Assembly: GCA_964493715.1 (NCBI GenBank)
Contig: CAZBPC010000028.1
Location: forward strand, 3,726-34,689
DNA: 30,964 nucleotides
From: an uncultured archaeon
GTDB taxonomy: Archaea > Asgardarchaeota > Lokiarchaeia > Sigyniarchaeales > SOKP01
Direction: 5' to 3'
The position numbers and the translations under genes are program-made. The notes under the pieces were generated by a model that was not told the DNA's origin, made no database searches, and was given only the letters and a program-made list of their open reading frames with translations. Below, piece by piece: positions 1-9,701 of this stretch. Positions within the stretch are counted from its first letter, which is position 1, and each line of letters opens with the position of its first letter.

Positions 1-316
1 TGCCTCTGGCCAAATTATAAATATCCGAAGGGGTCACATCTGGAAGCATTCGAATTCCTCCCATTGAAGGAAGACCCATTGATAAATTATCCACTACTAA
101 ATATCCTCCAATTTCTTCTGGAGAATCTTCATCCCACATGCATATGACAAGATTGGGACCTACTTTATCACTTACAATTCCTAAACTTGATAAAAGCAGT
201 TCATCAATATTACGAAATTCTAAATATCTTCTTCCTTCTTCTTTGATTAGTCGATTTTCTAAGGTTCCTACTGGTAAATATTCTTTCAAGTAAACATCCA
301 TTTGTTTTGGAATCAT
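1..316 (-). CDS. Glu/Leu/Phe/Val dehydrogenase family protein, N-terminal part (runs off the window start)
   Basis: Manual translation from ATG at 316: MIPKQMDVYLKEYLPVGTLENR...IGGYLVVDNLSMGLPSMGGIRMLPDVTPSDIYNLARG. The GyLVVDn...GGIRM...LARGM pattern matches the ELFV dehydrogenase dimerisation domain. Not in the ORF track. Confidence 0.8.
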   Translation of the reverse strand, partial: MIPKQMDVYLKEYLPVGTLENRLIKEEGRRYLEFRNIDELLLSSLGIVSDKVGPNLVICMWDEDSPEEIGGYLVVDNLSMGLPSMGGIRMLPDVTPSDIYNLARG

Positions 317-489
317 ATTTAAAACCTTATTTAATAAAATTGTAAATTAACAACAAGATTAAATTCTATTAGATTATATGAGTTTTTTCAATAAAAATTG
401 TTTGGTCAAATTAAAAATTTCCTAATGCTTTTTCTCTTAAAAACCTTAAATTTCTTGGTCAGATGTGAGCTCATAAGTCACGATTTTCA

Positions 490-1401
490 TTAGAACATAT
501 TTAAATTAGAGATGATTAATAAAGCATCGCTTAATGTCCATATTAATCCCTCCATCAATCTCACGTATCTTTCATTAAGAAATACTTTACCTTCATAATC
601 CTTGGTTTTCAATATCCCCTCAATTTCACTTATGTTAGTAACAACGGATTTTTGAATTTTGATTCCTAATGAATCGAGTAGCAATTCATCAGAATCTAAA
701 TCAATTGATTGAGAAATTATCGAATATAACCAATAAATGGTCTGAGAGGAATCTATTTTACTTGATAGCAATACATTTTTCTTTAATTCTAACATGTAAT
801 AATTTGCAGTGTTATAGTCCATTTCTATTGAAAAACATAGCGTGATAATTAATTTTATATTTTCAATTGTTATGGTTGAAGATATAATCTTTTGGTTATT
901 AGTTAAAGTTAGAAATATTTGGCTTATTGTTGTAGGAAAGGATTTCTGAAGTTCTATTTTTCTGATCATGTTAAGTGAAATTTCACTAGGAAGGGAAGAA
1001 AAAATAAGGTTTCCCGATTCTGTTAATACTAAACCCCCAAATATTCCTTTAATATTGATGTTTTCCCTGATTAATTGGACGATTTTTTTAATAATGACAG
1101 AAAAATGATAGGTAATCAATAGATCTTCTCCTTTTGAATCTGCTCGATCAGAATATATCTCAAAGTTAGAAATGTCAAAATCTACTCGTTGATACCCACG
1201 AATTACAAAATGTTTATCAACAAAAATTTGGAAACTGTGTTCACATACATGATTCAAAGGAATTGATATTGTCGTTACATTTTTACTCTCATGAATGATG
1301 TTAGCTGGGATTTTAATGATTTTAGTTTTATTACAATGAGGACAAGTAACTTTAATTTTTACTAAATTATCATAATCTACTCCGTTATCGCTAATAGTCA
1401 T
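490..1401 (-). CDS. Hypothetical protein: N-terminal Zn-ribbon-like domain (CPHC...CEH.FQ.FVDK.F.IRGYQRVDF) plus a roadblock/longin-like central region
   Basis: 303-aa ORF with CxxC...CxH motif. The segment GIFGGLVLTESGNLIFSSL resembles a roadblock/LAMTOR beta-hairpin. The N-terminal domain recurs at 20249-20485. Confidence 0.6.
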   Translation of the reverse strand: MTISDNGVDYDNLVKIKVTCPHCNKTKIIKIPANIIHESKNVTTISIPLNHVCEHSFQIFVDKHFVIRGYQRVDFDISNFEIYSDRADSKGEDLLITYHFSVIIKKIVQLIRENINIKGIFGGLVLTESGNLIFSSLPSEISLNMIRKIELQKSFPTTISQIFLTLTNNQKIISSTITIENIKLIITLCFSIEMDYNTANYYMLELKKNVLLSSKIDSSQTIYWLYSIISQSIDLDSDELLLDSLGIKIQKSVVTNISEIEGILKTKDYEGKVFLNERYVRLMEGLIWTLSDALLIISNLNMF

Positions 1402-1555
1402 TTCTGATTGCCGTAAAATAAAAAAAATTATTAATCAATTTATAATAATTAGATTTTTTATATATTTTCTTTTATGGAATGGAAAAAAAAGAATAATCCC
1501 ATTGTTTAAGAACGTGTTATTTTTAATTTTAAATGCATAATAATGAGATTTTAAC

Positions 1556-2440
1556 ATGTATATTAATGATAAATTAAATCAAAGAATAAAGTTAAAAGAT
1601 GGGAGATTTCTGGGTTTTGCCGAGATAGGTGATTCAGATGGTATTCCTCTCTTCCATTTTCATGGATTTCCCGCTTCTCGACTAGAAGTTGTAATGTTAA
1701 CTGAAATGGTGGCTAAGAAAAAAGTCAGAATTATAAGTGTTGATAGACCTGGTATGGGGCTTTCTGATTTTAAGAAAGGAAGACTCCTTTTAGATTGGCC
1801 ATCAGATATCATTGAATTAGCAGATGAATTATCGATTAGTAAGTTTGCTGTAGAGGGGATATCAGGTGGTGCTCCTTATTCCATTGCTTGTGCATATAAA
1901 ATTCCTGATAGGTTAACAGCTTGTGGAATAATTTGTGGCATTGGACCTTTAACTACTCAAATTAAAAAACTAATTAACATAAATCCAATAATAATTTTTA
2001 TTGCTCGAAGAATGAATTGGATATTTAGACTTATTATGAATAGACAAGGAAAAATTGCTCGGAATTTAGAAAAAATGGAAGTTCAACTGCAGAAAGGTTT
2101 TAACCAATTACCAGAACCAGATAGAGCTATTCTAAATGACCCAAAATTATTACCTCTGTTTTTACAAGAAGGCGGTGAAGCATTTAGGCAAGGAGGAAGG
2201 GGCGTGTCTCTTGATGCAAAGATATATGCTCAACCTTGGGGATTTAATCTTGAAGACATAACCCGAAACCTTAAGGTCTATCTATTTCATGGTGAATTAG
2301 ATTCCACTATACCAGTTTCAGTAGGTCGAGTTGTTAGTAAAATGATACCTAACTGTAAAAGTACATTTTATCCTAATGATGGGCACTATTCTGTTGTTTT
2401 TAATCATTTGGACGATATTTTAAAAAAGTTAATCTCCTAA
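1556..2440 (+). CDS. Alpha/beta fold hydrolase
   Basis: HGFPASR oxyanion region, DRPGMG, nucleophile elbow GISGG, HGELD and GH catalytic motifs. Confidence 0.92.
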   Translation: MYINDKLNQRIKLKDGRFLGFAEIGDSDGIPLFHFHGFPASRLEVVMLTEMVAKKKVRIISVDRPGMGLSDFKKGRLLLDWPSDIIELADELSISKFAVEGISGGAPYSIACAYKIPDRLTACGIICGIGPLTTQIKKLININPIIIFIARRMNWIFRLIMNRQGKIARNLEKMEVQLQKGFNQLPEPDRAILNDPKLLPLFLQEGGEAFRQGGRGVSLDAKIYAQPWGFNLEDITRNLKVYLFHGELDSTIPVSVGRVVSKMIPNCKSTFYPNDGHYSVVFNHLDDILKKLIS

Positions 2441-2547
2441 TCATGCATATTCAAATAATAAAACACTTTTTAGTATTCAACACTTTGAGCACTTGTTTTC
2501 GTAAAATTTTTTGAATTTGCACCATTTTCTTTTTTTAATGGTATAAA

Positions 2548-3684
2548 ATGTCTGAAAAAGTCGAAGAACGAATAGCAGAATTAGAAGAACGATTAGCTTC
2601 CACCAAGGTAAATAAGGCTACGCAAAAAAGTATAAATTTTATTAAAGCACAACTTGCCAAACTCCGCGAAGATTTGATTCGCATCGCCAGTTCTAAAAAG
2701 GGCGGTGGTGGTGGCTTTCATATTAAAAGAACAGGAGACGCTCAGGTAGCATTCATTGGATTTCCTTCAGTTGGGAAATCTTCTCTATTAAATTTGCTGA
2801 CTGAAGGTGACACTCATTCTAAGGTTGCAGCATATGATTTTACTACCGTTACAGCCATACCTGGTATGATGGATATCGAAGATGCGAAAATTCAGCTGAT
2901 AGATTTACCTGGAATAATTTTGGGTGCTGCTGCTGGTAAAGGACGAGGAAAGGAAGTATTAGCAGCAGTACGCTCAGCAGAATTAGTGTTAATTATAATT
3001 TGTTTTCGTTCTGATGGAACGATTAATCTTTCTGATCTGGAAACTATTAGAATTGAATTGAATAATGCAGGAATTCGTTTAAATACAAAACCACCTAATA
3101 TTGTTATTAAAGAGCGAACACGTGGTGGAATTCATTTTACTTATAAGGGTCACCAACTTATGGATGCAGATGAAGTTAAATCACTAATGAATGAATTAAA
3201 AGTCCGAAACGCAGGTGTTTATTTCTCTGAACCAGATATTACTCCAGATGAATTAATAGATTTCATATTTGGAAATCGTATATATACAAGAGAATTTGTA
3301 GTAATTAATAAATCAGATTTAATGAAAGAAAAAATTCCGGATGAAGTTATCACAGAGGCAATTGGTCATGATCACTGGGTCATGATCTCAGCTAAAAATA
3401 AGAAAAATATTGATATTCTTAAGCATGAAATCTTTAAAGAGTTGAATTTAATACGAGTTTTTTTGAAGCCGCCAAGAGAAGACGCTGATATGACTGAACC
3501 AATTATTCTCCATCAAGGTGATACACTTGAAAAACTCTGTCGTAAAATTCACAAGCGATTCATTACCGATTATCGTTATGCACTGGTTTGGGGCAGTTCA
3601 GCGAAGCACCCTGGTCAAAAATTTGAAAATTTAAATCATGTAGTTGAGGATGGGGACATAATCTCAATCTATCTGAAGCGATAA
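2548..3684 (+). CDS. drg: DRG-family (OBG/HflX superfamily) GTP-binding protein with TGS domain
   Basis: N-terminal NKATQ..KAQLAKLR, GFPSVGKSS, YDFTT, DLPG, NKSD and C-terminal TGS (YALVWGSSAKHPGQ...HVVEDGDII). Confidence 0.95.
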   Translation: MSEKVEERIAELEERLASTKVNKATQKSINFIKAQLAKLREDLIRIASSKKGGGGGFHIKRTGDAQVAFIGFPSVGKSSLLNLLTEGDTHSKVAAYDFTTVTAIPGMMDIEDAKIQLIDLPGIILGAAAGKGRGKEVLAAVRSAELVLIIICFRSDGTINLSDLETIRIELNNAGIRLNTKPPNIVIKERTRGGIHFTYKGHQLMDADEVKSLMNELKVRNAGVYFSEPDITPDELIDFIFGNRIYTREFVVINKSDLMKEKIPDEVITEAIGHDHWVMISAKNKKNIDILKHEIFKELNLIRVFLKPPREDADMTEPIILHQGDTLEKLCRKIHKRFITDYRYALVWGSSAKHPGQKFENLNHVVEDGDIISIYLKR

Positions 3685-3699
3685 ATTAGAATAACAACT

Positions 3700-4332
3700 T
3701 TAACCATAAAAAACTTTATAGAATTCATTATAAATTTCTGCAAGTTTGGAGATTCTGTATGGATCATTTTCTTGTAATGAATGAGATAGATAAGAGGGTA
3801 ATCCTTGAGGATTTTTTATCCATTCTAAAAATCCTTCAACTTCTGTTTTAAGATAGGGATCAATCGAAGGAGGCACCATTCCATGGCTTTTTTCAGCCAA
3901 TTCGTTATCATTAGTCATATCTATTTCAGTCTCAATAAAATGTGATTGGGAACCTTTCGTCATCATTGCTGCTGCTCTTGCTATAGCTGGATATGCCATG
4001 TGCATCCAACCCTTTGCTTTTTGTCTGATATGAGCTATTAGGAACATGTCAGTGTTAGGTATCGATGATCCTACTAAGTGTCCCTTTTTCTGCATGTTCG
4101 TAGCTATAAATCTTTCTGGTTCCATTTGAAGAACTGAATATCTAATACCATCCATATTTACAAACTGATCCTTGCCACTACCCCAGCTAGCTAATAAACC
4201 CTTGATATCTTTCGATACATTCCAGTTGGAAGTTGAGTGAAGAATTTTTGCTTTATTATTAACCACTACTACTTCTGTCGCGTCAGAATAATGTTTTTGT
4301 AAGTTTTTTATAACTGATTTATAATTTACCAT
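3700..4332 (-). CDS. Asgard profilin-like protein with ~85-aa C-terminal extension
   Basis: Residues ~1-125 (TSNWNVSKDI; MDGIRYSVLQMEPERFIATNMQKKGHLV) resemble, from memory, Lokiarchaeal profilins (T.NWNIS.D; I.GIKY.I....EER.IGTN..GKGH). Confidence 0.72.
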   Translation of the reverse strand: MVNYKSVIKNLQKHYSDATEVVVVNNKAKILHSTSNWNVSKDIKGLLASWGSGKDQFVNMDGIRYSVLQMEPERFIATNMQKKGHLVGSSIPNTDMFLIAHIRQKAKGWMHMAYPAIARAAAMMTKGSQSHFIETEIDMTNDNELAEKSHGMVPPSIDPYLKTEVEGFLEWIKNPQGLPSYLSHSLQENDPYRISKLAEIYNEFYKVFYG

Positions 4333-4346
4333 GGTTAAGCACCAAT

Positions 4347-5714
4347 TTAAGAGGTTTGAATATTGCTTATTAAATCAATCCATTTATCGATTTGTTCCAA
4401 TAAATCTATCTTCTCTTTAGAGCTTAATCCCACATTCAGTTCCGCTCGTTGATATAGATTGGCAAATTTACTCATTTCCCATAAAATATTTGAATGTAAG
4501 ATCATGCTTTTAATATAATCTCGAGCAATCTCAAGTACCTTTCCTATTGTTCTGATATCATGATCAAGGACTATTACATCTTTAATAACAAGAAGAATAT
4601 CTAGAGAACTACTTGTTGGAATGATTGGAAATGGTTTTACATCTACTGAAGGACGTTTCATGGTTCGAATCTTGAATTGCTCTTGTTTTTCCCTAAATCT
4701 TTCAACTTCAATCGTCTCTTTTTCAGTTTCTTCAGGTTGGTATAGCTTACTTGTTTCTTGAACAATCGATCCCTCCATCTCATCCTTTGTTCTTCTCCTA
4801 AATTTCTCAGGCCAGTGAACAAAAGAATTCATTCTTGGTTCAGCAGAGAGAAATATTGATTCCTTTGGCATTTTTTCATTTTTTCTTTTAGTTACTTGGA
4901 TATTAGATGCATTTATTTCTGATCTCAACTTTAATGCAGCATTAATTAATATCGAGAACAGATACATTGGATCAAAATCTACCGTAGAATAAACCCTTTT
5001 AAGCTTTAATAATATTTCTTCAATATAATGTAAATTCTGGTGTGAAAAATATTTCTCCAAGTGTGTTTTAGAATCAAAAGTGATACCGTTCAATCCTGCA
5101 GTTAAGTTTTTCATTTCATTATCCACTCCAGAAGAAATCAAGATTTGATTATAAGAATCGCAATGCGTGCTCAAGAGGATTGGTCCCGTTTTGTCAATTT
5201 GAAAGGATAGCGGATTTTTCAACGTTTCCATAAATTCCAAAATAATATCCTTGTATGGAATGAATAAATTTCTCATGAGAGTTCCCTGAATAAACGTCCG
5301 TTTATTTTCAGATTTAAAGGATAAATCTATAGGCACCTTAAAAAGATTCTCACTCACGATCACGTCACGATCTGTTTCTAAAGTTATATTTTTAGAAGTT
5401 GATAGATAATCGTAAACAAAATCTGAAAGTACTAAACCGGTCAATTGTCGATTATCAGTGATATATCTTCCACTCTGAAGTTCAAATTTAGTGTAATAAT
5501 ATCCGAGTCCAAACAAATAATAAAGAGTTCCCTTTTCTGTCTGAACTGAACATTCTACACCACCAAAAAAAATAACTAAGTCTTGGGATATTTTCGATAC
5601 ATTGTGGTTAGAATACTTACCTAGAGTCGGATATCCGAGCAAATTTCCCCAACTTGGGATGACAAAAAGATCAAGGCTCTCAATTATATTGGGTTCTGCT
5701 TTAAAGGTGGTCAT
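4347..5714 (-). CDS. Hypothetical protein, probably co-transcribed with the profilin-like gene
   Basis: 455-aa ORF ending 14 nt before the profilin-like start on the same strand; no recognised motif. Confidence 0.75.
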   Translation of the reverse strand: MTTFKAEPNIIESLDLFVIPSWGNLLGYPTLGKYSNHNVSKISQDLVIFFGGVECSVQTEKGTLYYLFGLGYYYTKFELQSGRYITDNRQLTGLVLSDFVYDYLSTSKNITLETDRDVIVSENLFKVPIDLSFKSENKRTFIQGTLMRNLFIPYKDIILEFMETLKNPLSFQIDKTGPILLSTHCDSYNQILISSGVDNEMKNLTAGLNGITFDSKTHLEKYFSHQNLHYIEEILLKLKRVYSTVDFDPMYLFSILINAALKLRSEINASNIQVTKRKNEKMPKESIFLSAEPRMNSFVHWPEKFRRRTKDEMEGSIVQETSKLYQPEETEKETIEVERFREKQEQFKIRTMKRPSVDVKPFPIIPTSSSLDILLVIKDVIVLDHDIRTIGKVLEIARDYIKSMILHSNILWEMSKFANLYQRAELNVGLSSKEKIDLLEQIDKWIDLISNIQTS

Positions 5715-5879
5715 TTTGATTAGGGATTCTTGGATTTTTTGAGCTTCTATTTTATTAATATAATTATATTGAGAATTTGTTTTTTATACTATATGGATCT
5801 ACTCAATATATGATCTCAATCCATATATTTAAGTTTCTATCGAGAATTTATCAGAAAAAGTAATAAAAAAAGTATAGGA

Positions 5880-7184
5880 TTATTCAAGAAAAATATGTCC
5901 ATTGTTTATCTCTAACATCTCTTCAAATATTTTTTCTGCGTTAGAAGCATTATCTATTGTGGGGTCTAATAAGAGGGCTTGAAATGCCAGTTCTTTTGAT
6001 TTTTTTAGAATGGCTTCCACAACTAAATCTTGTACTGAGGCTTGATTGCGTAAAAGAGCAGCCAATCCTTTTGGATATTCTCCAAGTTTAACAGCTTCTA
6101 GTCCATACTTGCTTACGATTGCTGGACACTCTACTACTAAATCCTGGGGTAAGTTTGTAATTACGTCATCATTAGGTAGATTTACTGATAATTCTTGATG
6201 ACCTGAATTAGTGATAATTCCTTCAATTATCGGAATTGCTCTTTCTTGGTCTGGTTTTACTAAACTTGCTCCACTTCCTCTTTTTATTCGCTTAATCAAT
6301 CTATCTCCCGTTTTTATTGTCATTGCTTTATATCCATTATAAAACTCTCTGATACCTTCTAGATTTGCTTTCTCCCATGCCCAGGATATATATTCTCCAT
6401 AATGAGAATCTGGAGTGTAGGCAAGATATCCAAACTTCTCAAGAATATATCTTACTAAATCGACGTCATTTCCAAATCCTTTAATCTCACTGAGGTATTT
6501 TGGCGCTTTTTTTCTGAGGTCTGGATAAGCATCCTTATCAGTATCAGCATATTTTATTGATAGTGCAACTCCAAAATGGTTGAGTCCCCCCGCGATTATC
6601 TTAAGATTTTTAAGAGGTGTTTCAAGAATTCTGCTGTAGTGAAATTGAAACCCGAATAATTCATGGCAGAGTCCAACAAATCTTATGTTTGGAAACTTGC
6701 GTTTTATTGCCAAGCAAATCCTACTCATTGGGTTTGAAAAATTAATGAGAAATGCGTTTGGACAGATTTTCTGAATATCATCACATACTTCAAGAATGGG
6801 AGGTATCACTCTCAATGAATGAAATAATCCTCCAGGACCACCATTCTCTCCCATAACCTGCTTATTTCCATATTTTCGTGGAATAGTATAATCTAAATCA
6901 AACCATTCAAATCTGGGACCGACTTCAATGGAGTTTATTATGAAAGTAGCATTTTTTAAAGCCTTTTTCCTGTCTGTAGTTGATTCTAATTCAATATCAA
7001 AATTTTTCTTCTCAATCGCTTCGCTACACGCTTGGGTCACTAATTGTAAGTTAGTAGGATTAATGTCATGCAGACTAACTGTTGAGTTTTTTAAAATATC
7101 ACTATTCATAATACTACCTACTGAACCCATTCCGAATTGTAATGAACCCGCGCCTATTAGCACAATTTTTTCCTTTTTTGTCAA
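5880..7184 (-). CDS. Glycoside hydrolase family 4 (NAD+/Mn2+-dependent alpha-glucosidase/alpha-galactosidase)
   Basis: KIVLIGAGS, GENGGPGG, INFSNPM, GLCH, GLNHF and VVECP motifs; TTG start with upstream GGAGC. Confidence 0.93.
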   Translation of the reverse strand: MTKKEKIVLIGAGSLQFGMGSVGSIMNSDILKNSTVSLHDINPTNLQLVTQACSEAIEKKNFDIELESTTDRKKALKNATFIINSIEVGPRFEWFDLDYTIPRKYGNKQVMGENGGPGGLFHSLRVIPPILEVCDDIQKICPNAFLINFSNPMSRICLAIKRKFPNIRFVGLCHELFGFQFHYSRILETPLKNLKIIAGGLNHFGVALSIKYADTDKDAYPDLRKKAPKYLSEIKGFGNDVDLVRYILEKFGYLAYTPDSHYGEYISWAWEKANLEGIREFYNGYKAMTIKTGDRLIKRIKRGSGASLVKPDQERAIPIIEGIITNSGHQELSVNLPNDDVITNLPQDLVVECPAIVSKYGLEAVKLGEYPKGLAALLRNQASVQDLVVEAILKKSKELAFQALLLDPTIDNASNAEKIFEEMLEINNGHIFLE

Positions 7185-7309
7185 ATTCTTGCTCCCTAAT
7201 TATATATTTAAATTAAGTAGTATATTCAATTGAAAAGTAAAAAGCTTGTGATACTGGATCGTAATGGTTGACTCTTGGTGTAATAAAATTGATTAAAAAT
7301 TTATGAATT

Positions 7310-8110
7310 TCAAATAATATATGTAAAATTATTATCTTTTAATATCCACGCATTAAGGTATTTATCTTTAACTTTTGAATCCCAAATTGTCTCAATATCA
7401 TTTATACCAGTTATTAATGCCTCTAATAACACTTTTGTTATTTGAAAATCTTCATGTGAAGGATAAATCTCAATCTCATCACTTTCATGGAATAAATCAA
7501 GTAATTTTGATAAACTTGAAAGCAATATTGGAAAATTCCTTTTTTTTGGTAAGTACATCGCCCCAAAATGTGCCGAATCTCCAGTAAAGAGCTCTTTTTG
7601 ATTTGTTAATAAAGATATGGATCCAACAGAGTGACCTGGTGTGTGAATTACCTTTACAATGAGTTCTCCCAGATCAAATTCCTGCCCCTCTTTTAAAGGA
7701 TGTAGTGTGTGAGGGGGTTGAAACTTGAAATTTTTTCGTTCAAATAATTGAACTTTCTTTTTTGGAGAGTCTTTTAGAAATGAAATATCAAACACCATAG
7801 ACGCATTCCCTAATTCACTCTCATGTATGTAGATTTCATCAAATTCTTCATTTCCTCCTCGATGATCAAAATGAGAATGAGTATTGATTACGATCAATTC
7901 TTTTGATTTAATTAAATCTTTTATAATTGGTTTCAAAGGATATAATCCGGTTCCAGTATCTATAAGCAATGCTTTTTTGGAACCTATCAGTAGATAAATA
8001 TTAATAAATTTTGTGAGAAATCGAGGTTCAATCTCATCAAGTCTTTCTCGAATAATATACAGATAATCCTTTAACTTTTTTACATCATACCACTCTTCGG
8101 TTTCATTCAT
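7310..8110 (-). CDS. MBL-fold metallo-hydrolase
   Basis: LIDTG, THSHFDHRGG, HTPGHS, FTGD, PSH. Confidence 0.92.
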   Translation of the reverse strand: MNETEEWYDVKKLKDYLYIIRERLDEIEPRFLTKFINIYLLIGSKKALLIDTGTGLYPLKPIIKDLIKSKELIVINTHSHFDHRGGNEEFDEIYIHESELGNASMVFDISFLKDSPKKKVQLFERKNFKFQPPHTLHPLKEGQEFDLGELIVKVIHTPGHSVGSISLLTNQKELFTGDSAHFGAMYLPKKRNFPILLSSLSKLLDLFHESDEIEIYPSHEDFQITKVLLEALITGINDIETIWDSKVKDKYLNAWILKDNNFTYII

Positions 8111-8305
8111 AAAAGCAATAATTAGAATACCAATTTAAAATTTATTGTCTATTCTCATAAAAACTTAAAATGCGAAATAATTAAAAAAAACGTTCTGAGA
8201 TTTTTGTCGTATCAATATTACATCTTTAGTTTTTTTTGCAAGTATATATATAGGAAGACTTATAGTCGATTGTTGTAGGGTTTGGAAAATAATTCATTTG
8301 CGATT

Positions 8306-8746
8306 ATGATAATCAGAGAAGTAGGAATCATTTCTTGCGGAATACCCATCATTTTTGAGTCTCACAAACAGACTAGGAAAGAGAACGTAAATTTAATATT
8401 GAACTCTGGACTATTATCTAGCATACTGAGCTTTGCCGAAATCACTATCTCCCCAATCGAGTATTTCCAAAGCAACAGATTCACTGTTGTTTTTAGGAAA
8501 GATTGGATCCCTGATCATAAAACATTAAAACCCTATATTGTATATGTAGTAATAGATAACGCGAAAAATGTGGATAAATATATCAAAAAACGAGTATTAC
8601 CTTTATTAAAAAAAATAATGAAAAAATTTAAAGCAAAATATGATGGAAAGGATTTTTACCAAATTGAAGATTTTCGCAAATCCCTAAGTAAAATATTAAA
8701 CATTAATATTAAAACGTTGGATGAAAACTTTGTTTCTTTAATCTAA
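8306..8746 (+). CDS. Small hypothetical protein, possibly longin-like fold
   Basis: ORF 8282-8746, likely start ATG 8306 (MIIREVGIISCGIPIIF). Pattern of beta-G.P..., LxSGLLSSI.SFA helix and a C-terminal F..KY helix resembles Asgard longin-like proteins. Confidence 0.55.
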   Translation: MIIREVGIISCGIPIIFESHKQTRKENVNLILNSGLLSSILSFAEITISPIEYFQSNRFTVVFRKDWIPDHKTLKPYIVYVVIDNAKNVDKYIKKRVLPLLKKIMKKFKAKYDGKDFYQIEDFRKSLSKILNINIKTLDENFVSLI

Positions 8747-8759
8747 TGCTGCAATCTAA

Positions 8760-9683
8760 TTATTTTTTAAATTCCAACGACATTTCATGACTTATAGTTG
8801 TAATTTTTTGATAGATGTCCCTCAAAACAATCATAAACGCTTTATTTTCAATAGTTTGAGGAACTCCCAAATTCTCTATAGTTTCTATCATTTTTCCGGG
8901 CTTTTTGATGCTAAATCCAATATCTTGATCATTATCAGAATGTTGTTTAGATAATTCTTGGATAGAAATTTTAGGGACATTAAATTTAAACTCAATATTT
9001 TTTACATTAGAAGCGTTTTCGAACTCACTTTTGCCTTCTAGTGAATGTGATAAACTAAGATCATCAAGAATATTTTCTTTAGACTTCCCTCGAAGTTCTA
9101 ATAATAAAAAAGGATTATAATCGATAACACGAGTAAGATATAAAATTACCGCAGCAATGTGTTTACATGGAACTGCTTTATCAGGACAAGAACAAGTTGA
9201 ATCCAATCCATTAGATGCATCTGGGTATAGGGAATATCCATTTTTTTCGAAAATAGCAATGATATTTTGAGGTAGGGAACCCTCTAATAATTCAATTAGG
9301 TAAGACAATTTCGTAGAAAGCTCTTTAACTATGATATTCCATCCTTCATCGGGGATAATTTTAAAATTTATTTTCACTCGATAAGGTGTAGGTGCAGTAC
9401 CTTGTACAGTGGCAAATATCTGACCCGCACTAATTGAGAGATTATCAATGCGTTCTTCATCTTTAGCATATTCAATTCCTCTTTGCATTCTAAATGGACG
9501 CCCAATATTTAAGTTTGAGATTATCCATTCTCTTCCCCAAGGCGTTTTTGCATAATTGATTAGGTTTTTTTTAATTTCCTCAACTTCTTCTCGAGTTTTT
9601 TGTTTTTCGTAATTTGTTTTTCTTTGAGGTGGATCTTTTTTCTTGAGTCTTCTATTATCCATGAAATATTTTTTTCTATCCAT
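8760..9683 (-). CDS. SWIM zinc-finger protein (SNF2-associated)
   Basis: CSCPD..VPCKHIAAV, RGIEYA, ATVQGT..PYRV and PFLLLELRG; lies immediately downstream of the SNF2 gene. Confidence 0.92.
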   Translation of the reverse strand: MDRKKYFMDNRRLKKKDPPQRKTNYEKQKTREEVEEIKKNLINYAKTPWGREWIISNLNIGRPFRMQRGIEYAKDEERIDNLSISAGQIFATVQGTAPTPYRVKINFKIIPDEGWNIIVKELSTKLSYLIELLEGSLPQNIIAIFEKNGYSLYPDASNGLDSTCSCPDKAVPCKHIAAVILYLTRVIDYNPFLLLELRGKSKENILDDLSLSHSLEGKSEFENASNVKNIEFKFNVPKISIQELSKQHSDNDQDIGFSIKKPGKMIETIENLGVPQTIENKAFMIVLRDIYQKITTISHEMSLEFKK

Positions 9684-9701
9684 TTTTTTCTATCCCCATT
9701 T

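Noticed and set aside
178-690. Similar peptides IDELLLSSLGI (dehydrogenase) and SDELLLDSLGI (490-1401 protein)
   Set aside because: Short, Leu-rich match with no extension into flanks; likely coincidence.
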